Shown here in pieces: positions 30,078 to 39,187 of a stretch of DNA of 64,000 nucleotides (position 1 is its first letter; every line of letters starts with the position of its first letter). A program made the translations under genes and the position numbers. Below the pieces are notes generated by a model. That model worked only from the letters and a program-made list of their open reading frames with translations. It was not told where the DNA came from and searched no databases. The stretch is from positions 1,888,001-1,952,000 of the forward strand of contig OY759974.1 of assembly GCA_963662945.1 (NCBI GenBank). Direction: 5' to 3'. The DNA comes from Arcobacteraceae bacterium (lineage in GTDB: Bacteria; Campylobacterota; Campylobacteria; Campylobacterales; Arcobacteraceae).

Positions 30078-30560
30078 CTATTCTATATTGAGAATTTGTG
30101 TTTTATTTTTACTTTTCTTAAGATCTTTAGCAATTATTACACTTACAATACCATCTTTATATGTTACTTTGATATTTTCTCTATCTATGTCATCTGGTAA
30201 AGAGATACTTCTATTAAAAGAACCATAGAAGTGTTCTTGTCGTATCATATTTTTTTGTTCATCCTTTGAAAGTGATTTTTTTTCACCGCTTATCGTGAGA
30301 ATATTTTGATTAGTAATTGATACTTTTATATCCTTTTTTTCAATACCCGCTAATTCAAATTTGAAAATATATTGTTTATCATTTTCAAAAGCATTCATTT
30401 TAGGATATGTTTTAAATAGAGTGTCATTATTGAAAAACATAGCAATTTCATCATTAAAATTTTTATAATGATTGTCAAAGTCTGTTGTAAAAAATGATGT
30501 AGCATTAAGTGTAGTAGCTAATGTTAATGCTAAACTAGAGGCTAAAAGTTTTTTAGTCAT
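30078..30560 (-). CDS. Hsp20/alpha-crystallin small heat-shock protein with an N-terminal signal peptide
   Basis: ELAGIEKKDIKV, LTISGEK, EHFYGSFNRSISLPDDID, YKDGIV; N-terminus MTKKLLASSLALTLATTLNA; AAGGAG RBS. Confidence 0.88.
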   Translation of the reverse strand: MTKKLLASSLALTLATTLNATSFFTTDFDNHYKNFNDEIAMFFNNDTLFKTYPKMNAFENDKQYIFKFELAGIEKKDIKVSITNQNILTISGEKKSLSKDEQKNMIRQEHFYGSFNRSISLPDDIDRENIKVTYKDGIVSVIIAKDLKKSKNKTQILNIE

Positions 30561-30652
30561 TTGTTGCTCCTTTGATAGTGTATAAAATTATCTTTAGCTT
30601 TGAACTAAAGGGCACATATTATAAAAAATGAAATTTAAATAAAGTTTAAAAA

Positions 30653-30679
30653 TTAGCACTAAATAACTTTAATTGCTAA
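30653..30679. promoter_or_regulatory. CIRCE-like HrcA operator (degenerate copy)
   Basis: TTAGCACTA-N9-AATTGCTAA vs consensus TTAGCACTC-N9-GAGTGCTAA. Confidence 0.7.
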
Positions 30680-30684
30680 AAATA

Positions 30685-30727
30685 TTAGCACTCTGTATTG
30701 ACAAGTGCTAAAAAAGTTTGTTATAAT
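30685..30727 (+). promoter_or_regulatory. CIRCE (HrcA operator) overlapping the -35 of the hsp20 sigma70 promoter
   Basis: TTAGCACTC-TGTATTGAC-AAGTGCTAA (30685-30711, 1 mismatch); TTGACA at 30698-30703 and TGtTATAAT ending at 30727. Confidence 0.85.
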
Positions 30728-30785
30728 ACTTTTGAAATTGGTACATAAATGTTGCCAATTCATAGTTTTAATTAAGGAGATTAAG

Positions 30786-31214
30786 ATGTTAATTACAAGA
30801 TTTGATCCATTTAAGGAATTTACAAATATGCATAAAGTTTTTCAAAATTATCCATCAGTCGTAAGGGATGGTGAGACTGCCATTAGTACATTTACACCTG
30901 TTGTTAATACAAGAGAAGGGGAGTTCGCATATCATATAGATGTGGATTTACCTGGGGTTAAAAAGGAAGATATTTCTATTGATATTGAGGAGGGAAAACT
31001 TACAATTAGTGGAGAAAGAAATATTAAAGAGGAAGTGAAGGAAGAAGACTATTATAAAGTTGAAACATCATTTGGTAAATTTCAAAGAGTGTTTACTATT
31101 CCAAAAAATGTGGATGTAGAGAATATTACAGCATCAACAGAAAATGGTGTATTAGAAGTTGTGATTCCTAAATTAGAAAAAGATAAGAATAAGAAAAAAA
31201 TTGAAATAAAATAA
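30786..31214 (+). CDS. Cytoplasmic Hsp20/alpha-crystallin small heat-shock protein
   Basis: FDPF, VDLPGVKKEDISID, LTISGER, ETSFGKFQRVFTIP, ENGVLEVVIPK, C-terminal KIEIK; ATG at 30786 after AAGGAG. Confidence 0.93.
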   Translation: MLITRFDPFKEFTNMHKVFQNYPSVVRDGETAISTFTPVVNTREGEFAYHIDVDLPGVKKEDISIDIEEGKLTISGERNIKEEVKEEDYYKVETSFGKFQRVFTIPKNVDVENITASTENGVLEVVIPKLEKDKNKKKIEIK

Positions 31215-31223
31215 GGAGAAGAG

Positions 31224-31340
31224 ATGGATGCTATTGCTTCAAATATAATAAATAATAAAAGAGATTTCATAGCAATAGTGAGTATTCAAGCAATGACTGC
31301 TATTGGATGTTATCTTTTGATACCATATATGCTAAGTTAA
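31224..31340 (+). CDS. Putative 38-aa small membrane protein (below the ORF-track cutoff)
   Basis: AAGGAG at 31213-31218; MDAIASNIINNKRDFIAIVSIQAMTAIGCYLLIPYMLS; lies before the terminator. Confidence 0.55.
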   Translation: MDAIASNIINNKRDFIAIVSIQAMTAIGCYLLIPYMLS

Positions 31341-31366
31341 GAAGATATATTATTTACATATTATAG

Positions 31367-31398
31367 AAAAAGGGAAGGTGAAAATCTTCCCTTTTTTT
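31367..31398 (+). terminator. Intrinsic terminator after hsp20 and the small ORF
   Basis: AAAAAGGGAAGG-tgaaaa-TCTTCCC-TTTTTTT. Confidence 0.8.
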
Positions 31399-31412
31399 GT
31401 GTATAATAACTT

Positions 31413-32741
31413 ATGAAACAAATATTATGGTTTAGACGGGATTTAAGAATATCTGACAGTGCACTTTTAGCAAATGCACAACAAAGTATTTTTCCTATTT
31501 TTATTTTTGATAAAAATATTCTTGAAACATTACCAAAGAATGATATACGAGTGACTTTTATTTATCGAAGTGTTTTAAAATTAAAAGCAGAACTTCAATC
31601 AATAGGTCTTGATTTAGCAATCTTTTATGGAAATCCCAAAGAGATTTTTCAATCTTTACAATTAAATCAATATGATGAAGTATTATGTAGTTGTGATTTT
31701 GAATCATATGGGATAAAACGAGATAAAGAAATTGAAACGCTACTACCAATGAAACGTTTCTATGATAGTTTTTTATTAAATCCAGATGATGGTTTAAAAG
31801 AGGATGGAAAACCTTACAAAGTATTTACACCTTTTTATAAAAATCTGAGATTTTTATGGGAGAGTGATAGTATTATTGAATATACTACAACACAAAAATT
31901 ACAAAAGATTGAATATGATTATAGCTATATACCAACGTTAGAAGAGTTAGGTTTTATTCAACAACAATTACCATCTTTTTTAACAAAAAATGCAGAACAA
32001 TTGATAGAAGAGTTTAAAGATAAACTTGATTCTTATCAGGAGAATAGAGACTATTTTTATAGAGATGATACTTCTAAATTATCCGTGCATTTACGATTTG
32101 GATTAATATCTCCAAGACAAGTGTTTAATAAAATAAAACAATATTCACAGTCAGAATTTTTTATCAGAGAGTTATTTTGGAGAGAATTTTATAATTACAT
32201 TTTATATCATTATCCAGAATCAGAATTTGAAAATTTTAATGGAAAAAATATTCCTTGGCGTTTAAGCCAAAAAGATTTTGAAGCTTGGTGTGAAGGAAAT
32301 ACCGGAGTTCCTCTTATTGATGCTGCAATGCGACATTTGAACGAAACTGGAGAGATGCACAATAGACTTCGTATGATTGTTGCTTCATTTTTTACAAAAA
32401 ATTTATTTTTACCATGGCAATGGGGTGAAAAGTATTTTGCACAAAAACTTCTTGATTATGAGTTGAGTAGTAATGTCGGCTCTTGGCAATGGAGTGCAAG
32501 TACGGGAGCTGATAGTGTTCCTTATTTTAGAGTTTTTAATCCTTATGCTCAAAGTGAAAAGTTTGATAAAAATGGAATATTTATCAAATCAGTAATTAAA
32601 GAATTTCAAGATATGTCTAGTAGTTTATTTCACAAAGAAAATAAAGTACAATCAAATCTTTTTATTGATTACCCATATTCAATAGTTGATATTAAAAAAT
32701 CAAGAGAATATGCAATAGAAATTTTCAAAAAATATAATTAA
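31413..32741 (+). CDS. phrB: Deoxyribodipyrimidine photolyase (cryptochrome/photolyase family)
   Basis: WFRRDLRISD, PYKVFTPFY, TSKLSVHLRFGLISPR, ELFWREF, GEMHNRLRMIVASF, NVGSWQWSASTG. Confidence 0.93.
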   Translation: MKQILWFRRDLRISDSALLANAQQSIFPIFIFDKNILETLPKNDIRVTFIYRSVLKLKAELQSIGLDLAIFYGNPKEIFQSLQLNQYDEVLCSCDFESYGIKRDKEIETLLPMKRFYDSFLLNPDDGLKEDGKPYKVFTPFYKNLRFLWESDSIIEYTTTQKLQKIEYDYSYIPTLEELGFIQQQLPSFLTKNAEQLIEEFKDKLDSYQENRDYFYRDDTSKLSVHLRFGLISPRQVFNKIKQYSQSEFFIRELFWREFYNYILYHYPESEFENFNGKNIPWRLSQKDFEAWCEGNTGVPLIDAAMRHLNETGEMHNRLRMIVASFFTKNLFLPWQWGEKYFAQKLLDYELSSNVGSWQWSASTGADSVPYFRVFNPYAQSEKFDKNGIFIKSVIKEFQDMSSSLFHKENKVQSNLFIDYPYSIVDIKKSREYAIEIFKKYN

Positions 32742-32795
32742 TAGGTATATAAATAATAATACTCTATAATAAAAATAAACTAGTAAGGGTGTTGA

Positions 32796-35700
32796 TTGTT
32801 TAGAAATATATTTAAAAGTAGAGTTTTCGTTATACTTACTTTTGTATCTCTCTCCTTTTGTATATATTTACTTATTGACTATCTTAAAGATAAAGAGATA
32901 CAACAATATAAAATTGAAACATATCGTGAAAAAGTTATTGAGTCAAAAGTCTATCTTAATACCCTTATAAAAGAAAAACAAAATACTACCTCTACAATAG
33001 GACTTGGATTATCTAGAAATAGTGATATTATTGACGCATTAAAAAATACCAAAATTAATCCAAAACTATTAGAAGAATATTCAAAGCGACTTAAACACAA
33101 TACAGATTTTAAAAATGTGTGGTTTCAACTAATAACAAAAGATGGTATTTCAGTACAAAGAAGTTGGACAGATTATAAAAATGATAAAATTTCACTCTCA
33201 AGAACAGATTTACAACAAGTTTTAAAAGATAAAAAACTCTTAAATACTATAAGTGTTGGAAAATATGATATGACATTTAAAGTTATAGTTCCAGTTTTTG
33301 ATATAGATAATGTAACATTCTTAGGAGTTGTAGAAGTTATTACCCATTTTAATTCAATAGCTAAAAAACTAGAAGAGAAAAAAATTGATGCGATAGTTTT
33401 AGCAGATAAAAAATATAAAACACAATTAACAAAAGCTTTCAGTAAAACATTTATAGATGATTATTATGTGGCAAATTTAGATGCAAAAACCTATTTAGTA
33501 CATTATTTTCAAAAATATGGGATGGATAAATATTTAGAAAATCTTTCCCTTGATGATTTTTATATTGATTATGAGTTACATAGTATTGTAAGTTATTTTA
33601 AAATAATGGATGACGTGAGTGGTACAGTCATAGGGCATATCCTTCTTATTCAAAGTATAGATAAAATTGATATTAGTAAAATATCATATATACAATATAT
33701 TCACAATATTTATCTTCTATTTTCAATCATAGTTTTAATTCTTATCTTTTATTTTTTTAATACTATTGAGATTAGAAATATAGATGGAAAATCATATTCG
33801 TTAAAAATATTTTTAACTATTTTTATTGTTTATATTGTATTAGCATTTAGTATATATAAATTAGTAAAAATAAAATATATTGGAGATATTGAAAATTATA
33901 AACAAACAGTTGTAAATCAAACACTTTTAGAGTATAACTCAATAGTTCAGAAAAATAAAGATATTTCAGAATTTATTTTTCTAGAGTTATTAAATACTGA
34001 TAAAGTAAAAGAATTGCTCAAAGCAAGAAAGCGAGAAGAACTTTATAACTTATTGTTGGATAAATACAAAGCATTGACAATCAAATATAACTTAAGACAG
34101 TTACATTTTCATTTACCTGATTCTACAAGTTTTTTACGTATGCATAAACCAAACATTTATGGGGACAGTTTACTTGGGGTTCGTCAAAGTGTTGAATATG
34201 TTAATGTAAACTATAAACCATTTTTTGGTTTTGAAGAGGGGAGAGTTTATAATGGTTTTAGATATGTTTTCCCTCTTTTTGATAAGCAAAATACTTGTAT
34301 AGGAAGTGTAGAGAGTAGTTTTGATATTAAAACTTTTGTTGATAACTATATGAATCTATTTGAAACAAAAAGAGTAAATTTTTTAATTAGTCAAAAAATT
34401 GTAGAGGATAAAGTTTTTAAAAGTCAACAATCTAATTATATCAAAAGTCCAGTAAAAGGTTTTTACTTTGATAGGCTTATTATAGAAAAACTTGAAACTT
34501 CTACATCAAGAATTATGCAACACAAAGCAAATCAAGAAGTCTTTGATGAGATTGCTTATAAAATTTATCAAGGTAGTCCTTTTACAGTTCATTTTAGTAA
34601 TGTAGATGAACTTACAGTGGTAATTCCAATTATTAATAAAATTAGTGGAGAAGTTGTTGGTTCTTTAAATGTTTCAAAAAGTGATAGATTTATAAAAAAT
34701 AGACTTCAAGAGTTTACTCAACTTATAGTGATAATTTTAATAGTCCTTGGCTTTATAATGTTTTTTATATATAGAGAATATTTATCAAAAATGAAAGCAA
34801 AAATAGAGTCAAAAAACAATCAGAAAATTTTAGACTCTCAAAATTCATTTATAGTTATTACTGATGGTATATCGATAAAAAGGGTAAATAATACATTTTT
34901 GGAATTTTTTGGTTATGAAACTCTTGATGATTTTAGAGAAAAACATGATTGTATTTGTGATTTCTTTCTCAATGAAAAAGGGAAAAATTATCTACAAAAA
35001 AACATGGGAGAGTTGACTTGGTTTGAGTATATGGAACAAAATCAAGGTATGACATTTCAAGTTAAAATAGATGATAAACAACAACAATCTCATATATTTT
35101 ATATTGAATTTGATATGCAACATAAAATATATGATGATAATTTTATTTTAACATTTATAGATATTACACACTTAAAAAATGTAGAAAATCAGCTTTTATA
35201 TGCTGAAAAAATGGCATCATTGGGAAATATGATTGGGAATATTGCTCATCAGTGGAGACAGCCATTGTCTATAATCTCTACTTGTGCAAGTGGAGTGCAT
35301 ATGAAACAACAATACGGATTGTTACAAGAAGGTGATATTGAAAAGAATATGGATTATATTGTACAAAATACACAATATTTATCTGAGACTATTGATACAT
35401 TTAGAGATTTTATTAAAGATAATGACAATAAGGAATTTACACTTGTAAATATAAATGAAGCTATTAATTCAGTATTAAAAATTATGGAAGCTACATTAAA
35501 AAATAATTATATAGAAGTTATTTTTGATGCTCAAGATGATTTTGAAAAATATATGGCAAAAGGTGAATTTACTCAAGTAATTACAAATTTGATTAATAAT
35601 GCAAAAGATGTATTAAAAGAGAGAAAAATTGCCAATCCTCAGATTTATATAATGACTCAAAAAAATAATAGCGATATATTGATAACAGTTGAAGATAATG

Positions 35701-35912
35701 CTGGAGGAATTGATGAGAGTATTATAGATAATATCTTTGAACCATATTTTACAACTAAACACAAAAGTATGGGTACAGGTCTTGGACTGTATATTTGTCA
35801 TAAAATTATAGTAGAGAGTTTTGAAGGTGATTTAACTGTTCAAAATACAGTAAAAGGTGCGCAGTTTTCTATTAGATTACCAATTGATAATATAAATAAG
35901 AATTATAAGTGA
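32796..35912 (+). CDS. Sensor histidine kinase with two tandem periplasmic Cache-like domains and a PAS domain
   Basis: Four TMs, two sensor loops, PAS (HDCICDFF), NIAHQWRQPL, EDNAGGI, GTGLGL. Confidence 0.88.
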   Translation: MFRNIFKSRVFVILTFVSLSFCIYLLIDYLKDKEIQQYKIETYREKVIESKVYLNTLIKEKQNTTSTIGLGLSRNSDIIDALKNTKINPKLLEEYSKRLKHNTDFKNVWFQLITKDGISVQRSWTDYKNDKISLSRTDLQQVLKDKKLLNTISVGKYDMTFKVIVPVFDIDNVTFLGVVEVITHFNSIAKKLEEKKIDAIVLADKKYKTQLTKAFSKTFIDDYYVANLDAKTYLVHYFQKYGMDKYLENLSLDDFYIDYELHSIVSYFKIMDDVSGTVIGHILLIQSIDKIDISKISYIQYIHNIYLLFSIIVLILIFYFFNTIEIRNIDGKSYSLKIFLTIFIVYIVLAFSIYKLVKIKYIGDIENYKQTVVNQTLLEYNSIVQKNKDISEFIFLELLNTDKVKELLKARKREELYNLLLDKYKALTIKYNLRQLHFHLPDSTSFLRMHKPNIYGDSLLGVRQSVEYVNVNYKPFFGFEEGRVYNGFRYVFPLFDKQNTCIGSVESSFDIKTFVDNYMNLFETKRVNFLISQKIVEDKVFKSQQSNYIKSPVKGFYFDRLIIEKLETSTSRIMQHKANQEVFDEIAYKIYQGSPFTVHFSNVDELTVVIPIINKISGEVVGSLNVSKSDRFIKNRLQEFTQLIVIILIVLGFIMFFIYREYLSKMKAKIESKNNQKILDSQNSFIVITDGISIKRVNNTFLEFFGYETLDDFREKHDCICDFFLNEKGKNYLQKNMGELTWFEYMEQNQGMTFQVKIDDKQQQSHIFYIEFDMQHKIYDDNFILTFIDITHLKNVENQLLYAEKMASLGNMIGNIAHQWRQPLSIISTCASGVHMKQQYGLLQEGDIEKNMDYIVQNTQYLSETIDTFRDFIKDNDNKEFTLVNINEAINSVLKIMEATLKNNYIEVIFDAQDDFEKYMAKGEFTQVITNLINNAKDVLKERKIANPQIYIMTQKNNSDILITVEDNAGGIDESIIDNIFEPYFTTKHKSMGTGLGLYICHKIIVESFEGDLTVQNTVKGAQFSIRLPIDNINKNYK

Positions 35913-35955
35913 TAATTTAGATTATCTAAGATAACATTATGTTTTATAGGAGAAT

Positions 35956-36747
35956 ATGATGTTTAGATTTATGAAAGCTTATTTGATTTTGTTATTTTTA
36001 GGAACAACCTTATTTGCACAAGAATCTAAACTTGATAAGATTTTAGAAACAAAAACTTTAAAAGTATGTATTTGGCCTGAGTATTACGGTATATCATATC
36101 TTGATAAAAGAACACAAAAAACTATTGGAATTGATAGTGATTTAGCCCATGAATTGGCAAAAGACTTAGGTGTTAAATTAGAATTTATACAAAGTTCTTT
36201 TGCCAAATTGATTGATGATGTTACAACTCAAAAGTGTGATATTGCAATGTTTGCTATAGGTAATACACCAGCAAGAAGAGAAAAAATAAGATTTACAACA
36301 CCACATTTATCAAGTGATATCTATGCAATTACAACAAAAACAAATAAAAAAATTCAATCATGGGATGATATTGATAAAAAGGGAGTTGTAGTAGCTGTAG
36401 CTAAAGGAACATATCATGAACCTGTAATGAAAAAGAAACTGCATAATGCAAAATTGCTTGTTGTTGATAGTTTTCATGCTAGAGAGCAAGAGGTGCAAGC
36501 AGGGCGTGCAGATGTTTTTATGACAGATTATCCTTTTGGAAAACGAATGGTAGCTAAAACTAATTGGGCCAAACTTATTGCGCCATCAAGCACATATCAT
36601 ATGACACCTTACGCTTGGGCTATGAATTATGGCGATGATAAATTTTATAACCGTGTCGAAAAATTTATTGATGAAATTAAAAAAGATGGCCGTCTTTTAA
36701 AAGCAGCACAGAGCAATGGTCTTGAACCAATAGTAAAATTAAAATAA
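35956..36747 (+). CDS. Periplasmic substrate-binding protein, family 3 (amino-acid type)
   Basis: Signal peptide; GIDSDLAHELAKDLGVKLEF, CDIAM, GRADVFMTD. Confidence 0.88.
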   Translation: MMFRFMKAYLILLFLGTTLFAQESKLDKILETKTLKVCIWPEYYGISYLDKRTQKTIGIDSDLAHELAKDLGVKLEFIQSSFAKLIDDVTTQKCDIAMFAIGNTPARREKIRFTTPHLSSDIYAITTKTNKKIQSWDDIDKKGVVVAVAKGTYHEPVMKKKLHNAKLLVVDSFHAREQEVQAGRADVFMTDYPFGKRMVAKTNWAKLIAPSSTYHMTPYAWAMNYGDDKFYNRVEKFIDEIKKDGRLLKAAQSNGLEPIVKLK

Positions 36748-36760
36748 AAGTTAAAAAAGT

Positions 36761-39166
36761 TTGAAGAGTATCTATAAAATTGTATTAATTTCTTTCTTTA
36801 TTGTTTCAATAATCTTGGGAAGTATTCTTATTTCAATGAATATACTCAAAAGTGAAGCTATAAAAAGTCACATAAAAATTGCAAATTTATATTCAAATAT
36901 TTTTGCAGAACAGCTAACGCAAACTTTTAATAATATTGAACATATTGCAAGTGGATTAACTATATTTTTAGATGATGCAAATCCTCTTCTTTTAGAAGAA
37001 AAATTTAATGATATTTTATCTACAAATCCATATATTCGTTCTTTGAATATAGTTGATAAAAATAATCTGATTATTCAAAGCTCAAATAGTATAAATATTG
37101 GTCATTATGTGAATAGTAGTAACTATTATCCAATACCTGTCTTTGACAAATATATTTTACGATTTGGAGATTTAAAATATGGCAGAGATATTGGACAAGG
37201 TGACACTCAATTAATATATATTCCAATAAGTAAAATTGTAGGAACACCTAAAGGGGAATATACAATAATCATTACAATAAATATTGATAATTTTGTTAAT
37301 AGATATATTGATTCAATAGCTCAAAAATTAGATCATATTGATATAATACGTGTAGATGGGAAGTTGCTATTCTCTACTAGAGAAAATCATCAATTCAATA
37401 GTAACGTGATTCAAACAGAACTCTATAAACAGTCTGTAGAAAAAAGTTTTGCTGCGGGTGAAGAGTATATAGGCAAAAATCATTACTTAACATCTTATCA
37501 GTTATCTGAACTATATCCTTTAAATGTTGCTATTAAACTAGATTATGAACAAAGTTTACATGAATGGGAGAAAAAAAGAGAAATTATTTTGCTTTTGTTA
37601 GCTGTGTTGATATTTTTATGTACAGTATTAATTATAGCACTTATTCTTAAATATGATAAATCAAAAAATGAAGAGTTAGCTTTCCAAAAAGAAAAAAATC
37701 AAAGTAGAAAAAGATTTCAGATGATCTTTGAACAAAATAATTTTTTAGTAGCTATTTTAAAAGTTGATGGCACTATTTTACAGTTAAATAATAAGTCTTT
37801 AGAATTTTTAAAAGAAAATAATAATGAGATAATTGGTTCTAAATTTTACAAGTTGTCTTGTTGGAATGAAGAAAATGCAACTTGGTTTGAAGAGAATATT
37901 TTTGTAGATAAAAATATTAATGTTGTGAAAAAAGAGTTAATAGCAAAAGATAAAAATGATGAAGAACATTATCTTGATATAGTAATTAGTCCAATAGAAT
38001 ATGATGGGAATATTGAACTTGTAATTATGGGAACCGATATAACCGAAGATAAAATTAAAGAAGATAAACTAAAAAATGCTTATACTGTTTTTGACAATAC
38101 AAATGATGGTATTCTTATTACAGATAAAAATGTAAAAATAGTAGATGTAAATAAAGCATTTACCAAAAATACAGGATATACACTTGAAGATGTAGTTGGC
38201 AAAAATCCTAATATATTAAAATCACAACGACATGATAATGATTTTTATAACAAAATGTGGGATGCATTAGAAAAAGATAATTTTTGGCATGGTGAAATTG
38301 TGAATAAAAATAGCGATGGTTCATTTTATGTGGAGCTACTTACTATTAATAGAATTCTTACAGAAAAAGGTGAAGTAAAAAACTATATAGCAGTTTTTAC
38401 AAATATTACTCAACAAAAAAAACAAGAAAAGCTTTTAAAAGAAAAAGAACAAATATTGTTTCAACAATCAAAAATGGCAGCAATGGGTGAGATGTTAGAA
38501 AATATTGCTCATCAATGGAGACAACCATTATCTGTAATCTCAACAGCAGCAAGTGGTATTCAAATGCAAAAAGAGTTTAAAATACTCGATGAAAAAGCAA
38601 TGGATGATACTTTAAAACTTATAGTTACTACAACAGCTCATTTGTCTAGTACAATAGATGATTTTAGAAACTTTTTTAAACAAGATAAAGAGAAAATGGA
38701 GTTTGCATTAGCAAAAGCAGTTGAAAGGTCTCTGAACATTGTAAAATCAAAATTTAACAATCGAAGTATTGTGATAGAAACAGAACTTGAAGATATAATT
38801 GTTGTAGGATTTGAAAATGAATTAGTACAAGTTATTATGAATATTCTAAACAATGCACGTGATGTTTTAGAAAAAAAAGAGATTAATGATAGAGTAATTA
38901 TTATTAAAAGTTTTGTTAAAAATAATCAAGCATTTTTAACTATTCAAGATAGTGGTGGAGGTATACTTGAAGAGATTATTGATAAAGTTTTTGAACCATA
39001 CTTTACCACAAAGCATCAAGCACAAGGTACTGGAATAGGGCTTTATATGTCTGCTGAGATAATAACAAAACATATGGATGGAGTTTTAAGTGTAGAAAAT
39101 AAAATATTCCATTACAAAGATAAAAAATATAAAGGTGCATATTTTACTATAGCTTTACCTATTTAG
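36761..39166 (+). CDS. Membrane Cache-PAS-PAS sensor histidine kinase
   Basis: Two TMs; PAS (VNKAFTKNTGYTLEDVVGKNPNIL...WHGEIVN); NIAHQWRQPL; GTGIGL. Confidence 0.9.
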   Translation: MKSIYKIVLISFFIVSIILGSILISMNILKSEAIKSHIKIANLYSNIFAEQLTQTFNNIEHIASGLTIFLDDANPLLLEEKFNDILSTNPYIRSLNIVDKNNLIIQSSNSINIGHYVNSSNYYPIPVFDKYILRFGDLKYGRDIGQGDTQLIYIPISKIVGTPKGEYTIIITINIDNFVNRYIDSIAQKLDHIDIIRVDGKLLFSTRENHQFNSNVIQTELYKQSVEKSFAAGEEYIGKNHYLTSYQLSELYPLNVAIKLDYEQSLHEWEKKREIILLLLAVLIFLCTVLIIALILKYDKSKNEELAFQKEKNQSRKRFQMIFEQNNFLVAILKVDGTILQLNNKSLEFLKENNNEIIGSKFYKLSCWNEENATWFEENIFVDKNINVVKKELIAKDKNDEEHYLDIVISPIEYDGNIELVIMGTDITEDKIKEDKLKNAYTVFDNTNDGILITDKNVKIVDVNKAFTKNTGYTLEDVVGKNPNILKSQRHDNDFYNKMWDALEKDNFWHGEIVNKNSDGSFYVELLTINRILTEKGEVKNYIAVFTNITQQKKQEKLLKEKEQILFQQSKMAAMGEMLENIAHQWRQPLSVISTAASGIQMQKEFKILDEKAMDDTLKLIVTTTAHLSSTIDDFRNFFKQDKEKMEFALAKAVERSLNIVKSKFNNRSIVIETELEDIIVVGFENELVQVIMNILNNARDVLEKKEINDRVIIIKSFVKNNQAFLTIQDSGGGILEEIIDKVFEPYFTTKHQAQGTGIGLYMSAEIITKHMDGVLSVENKIFHYKDKKYKGAYFTIALPI

Positions 39167-39187
39167 TAAAGATACAATGTCGTAACC

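Noticed and set aside
31353-31369. TTTACATATTATA, a partial match to the ectA operator motif
   Set aside because: The right half-site is absent (TAGAAA), it lies just before a terminator, and it is plausible by chance in AT-rich DNA.
35917-35934. Two overlapping short palindromes (TTAGATTATCTAA, TTATCTAAGATAA) upstream of the SBP gene
   Set aside because: Only 6-bp AT-rich arms and no second occurrence noticed; insufficient to call an operator.
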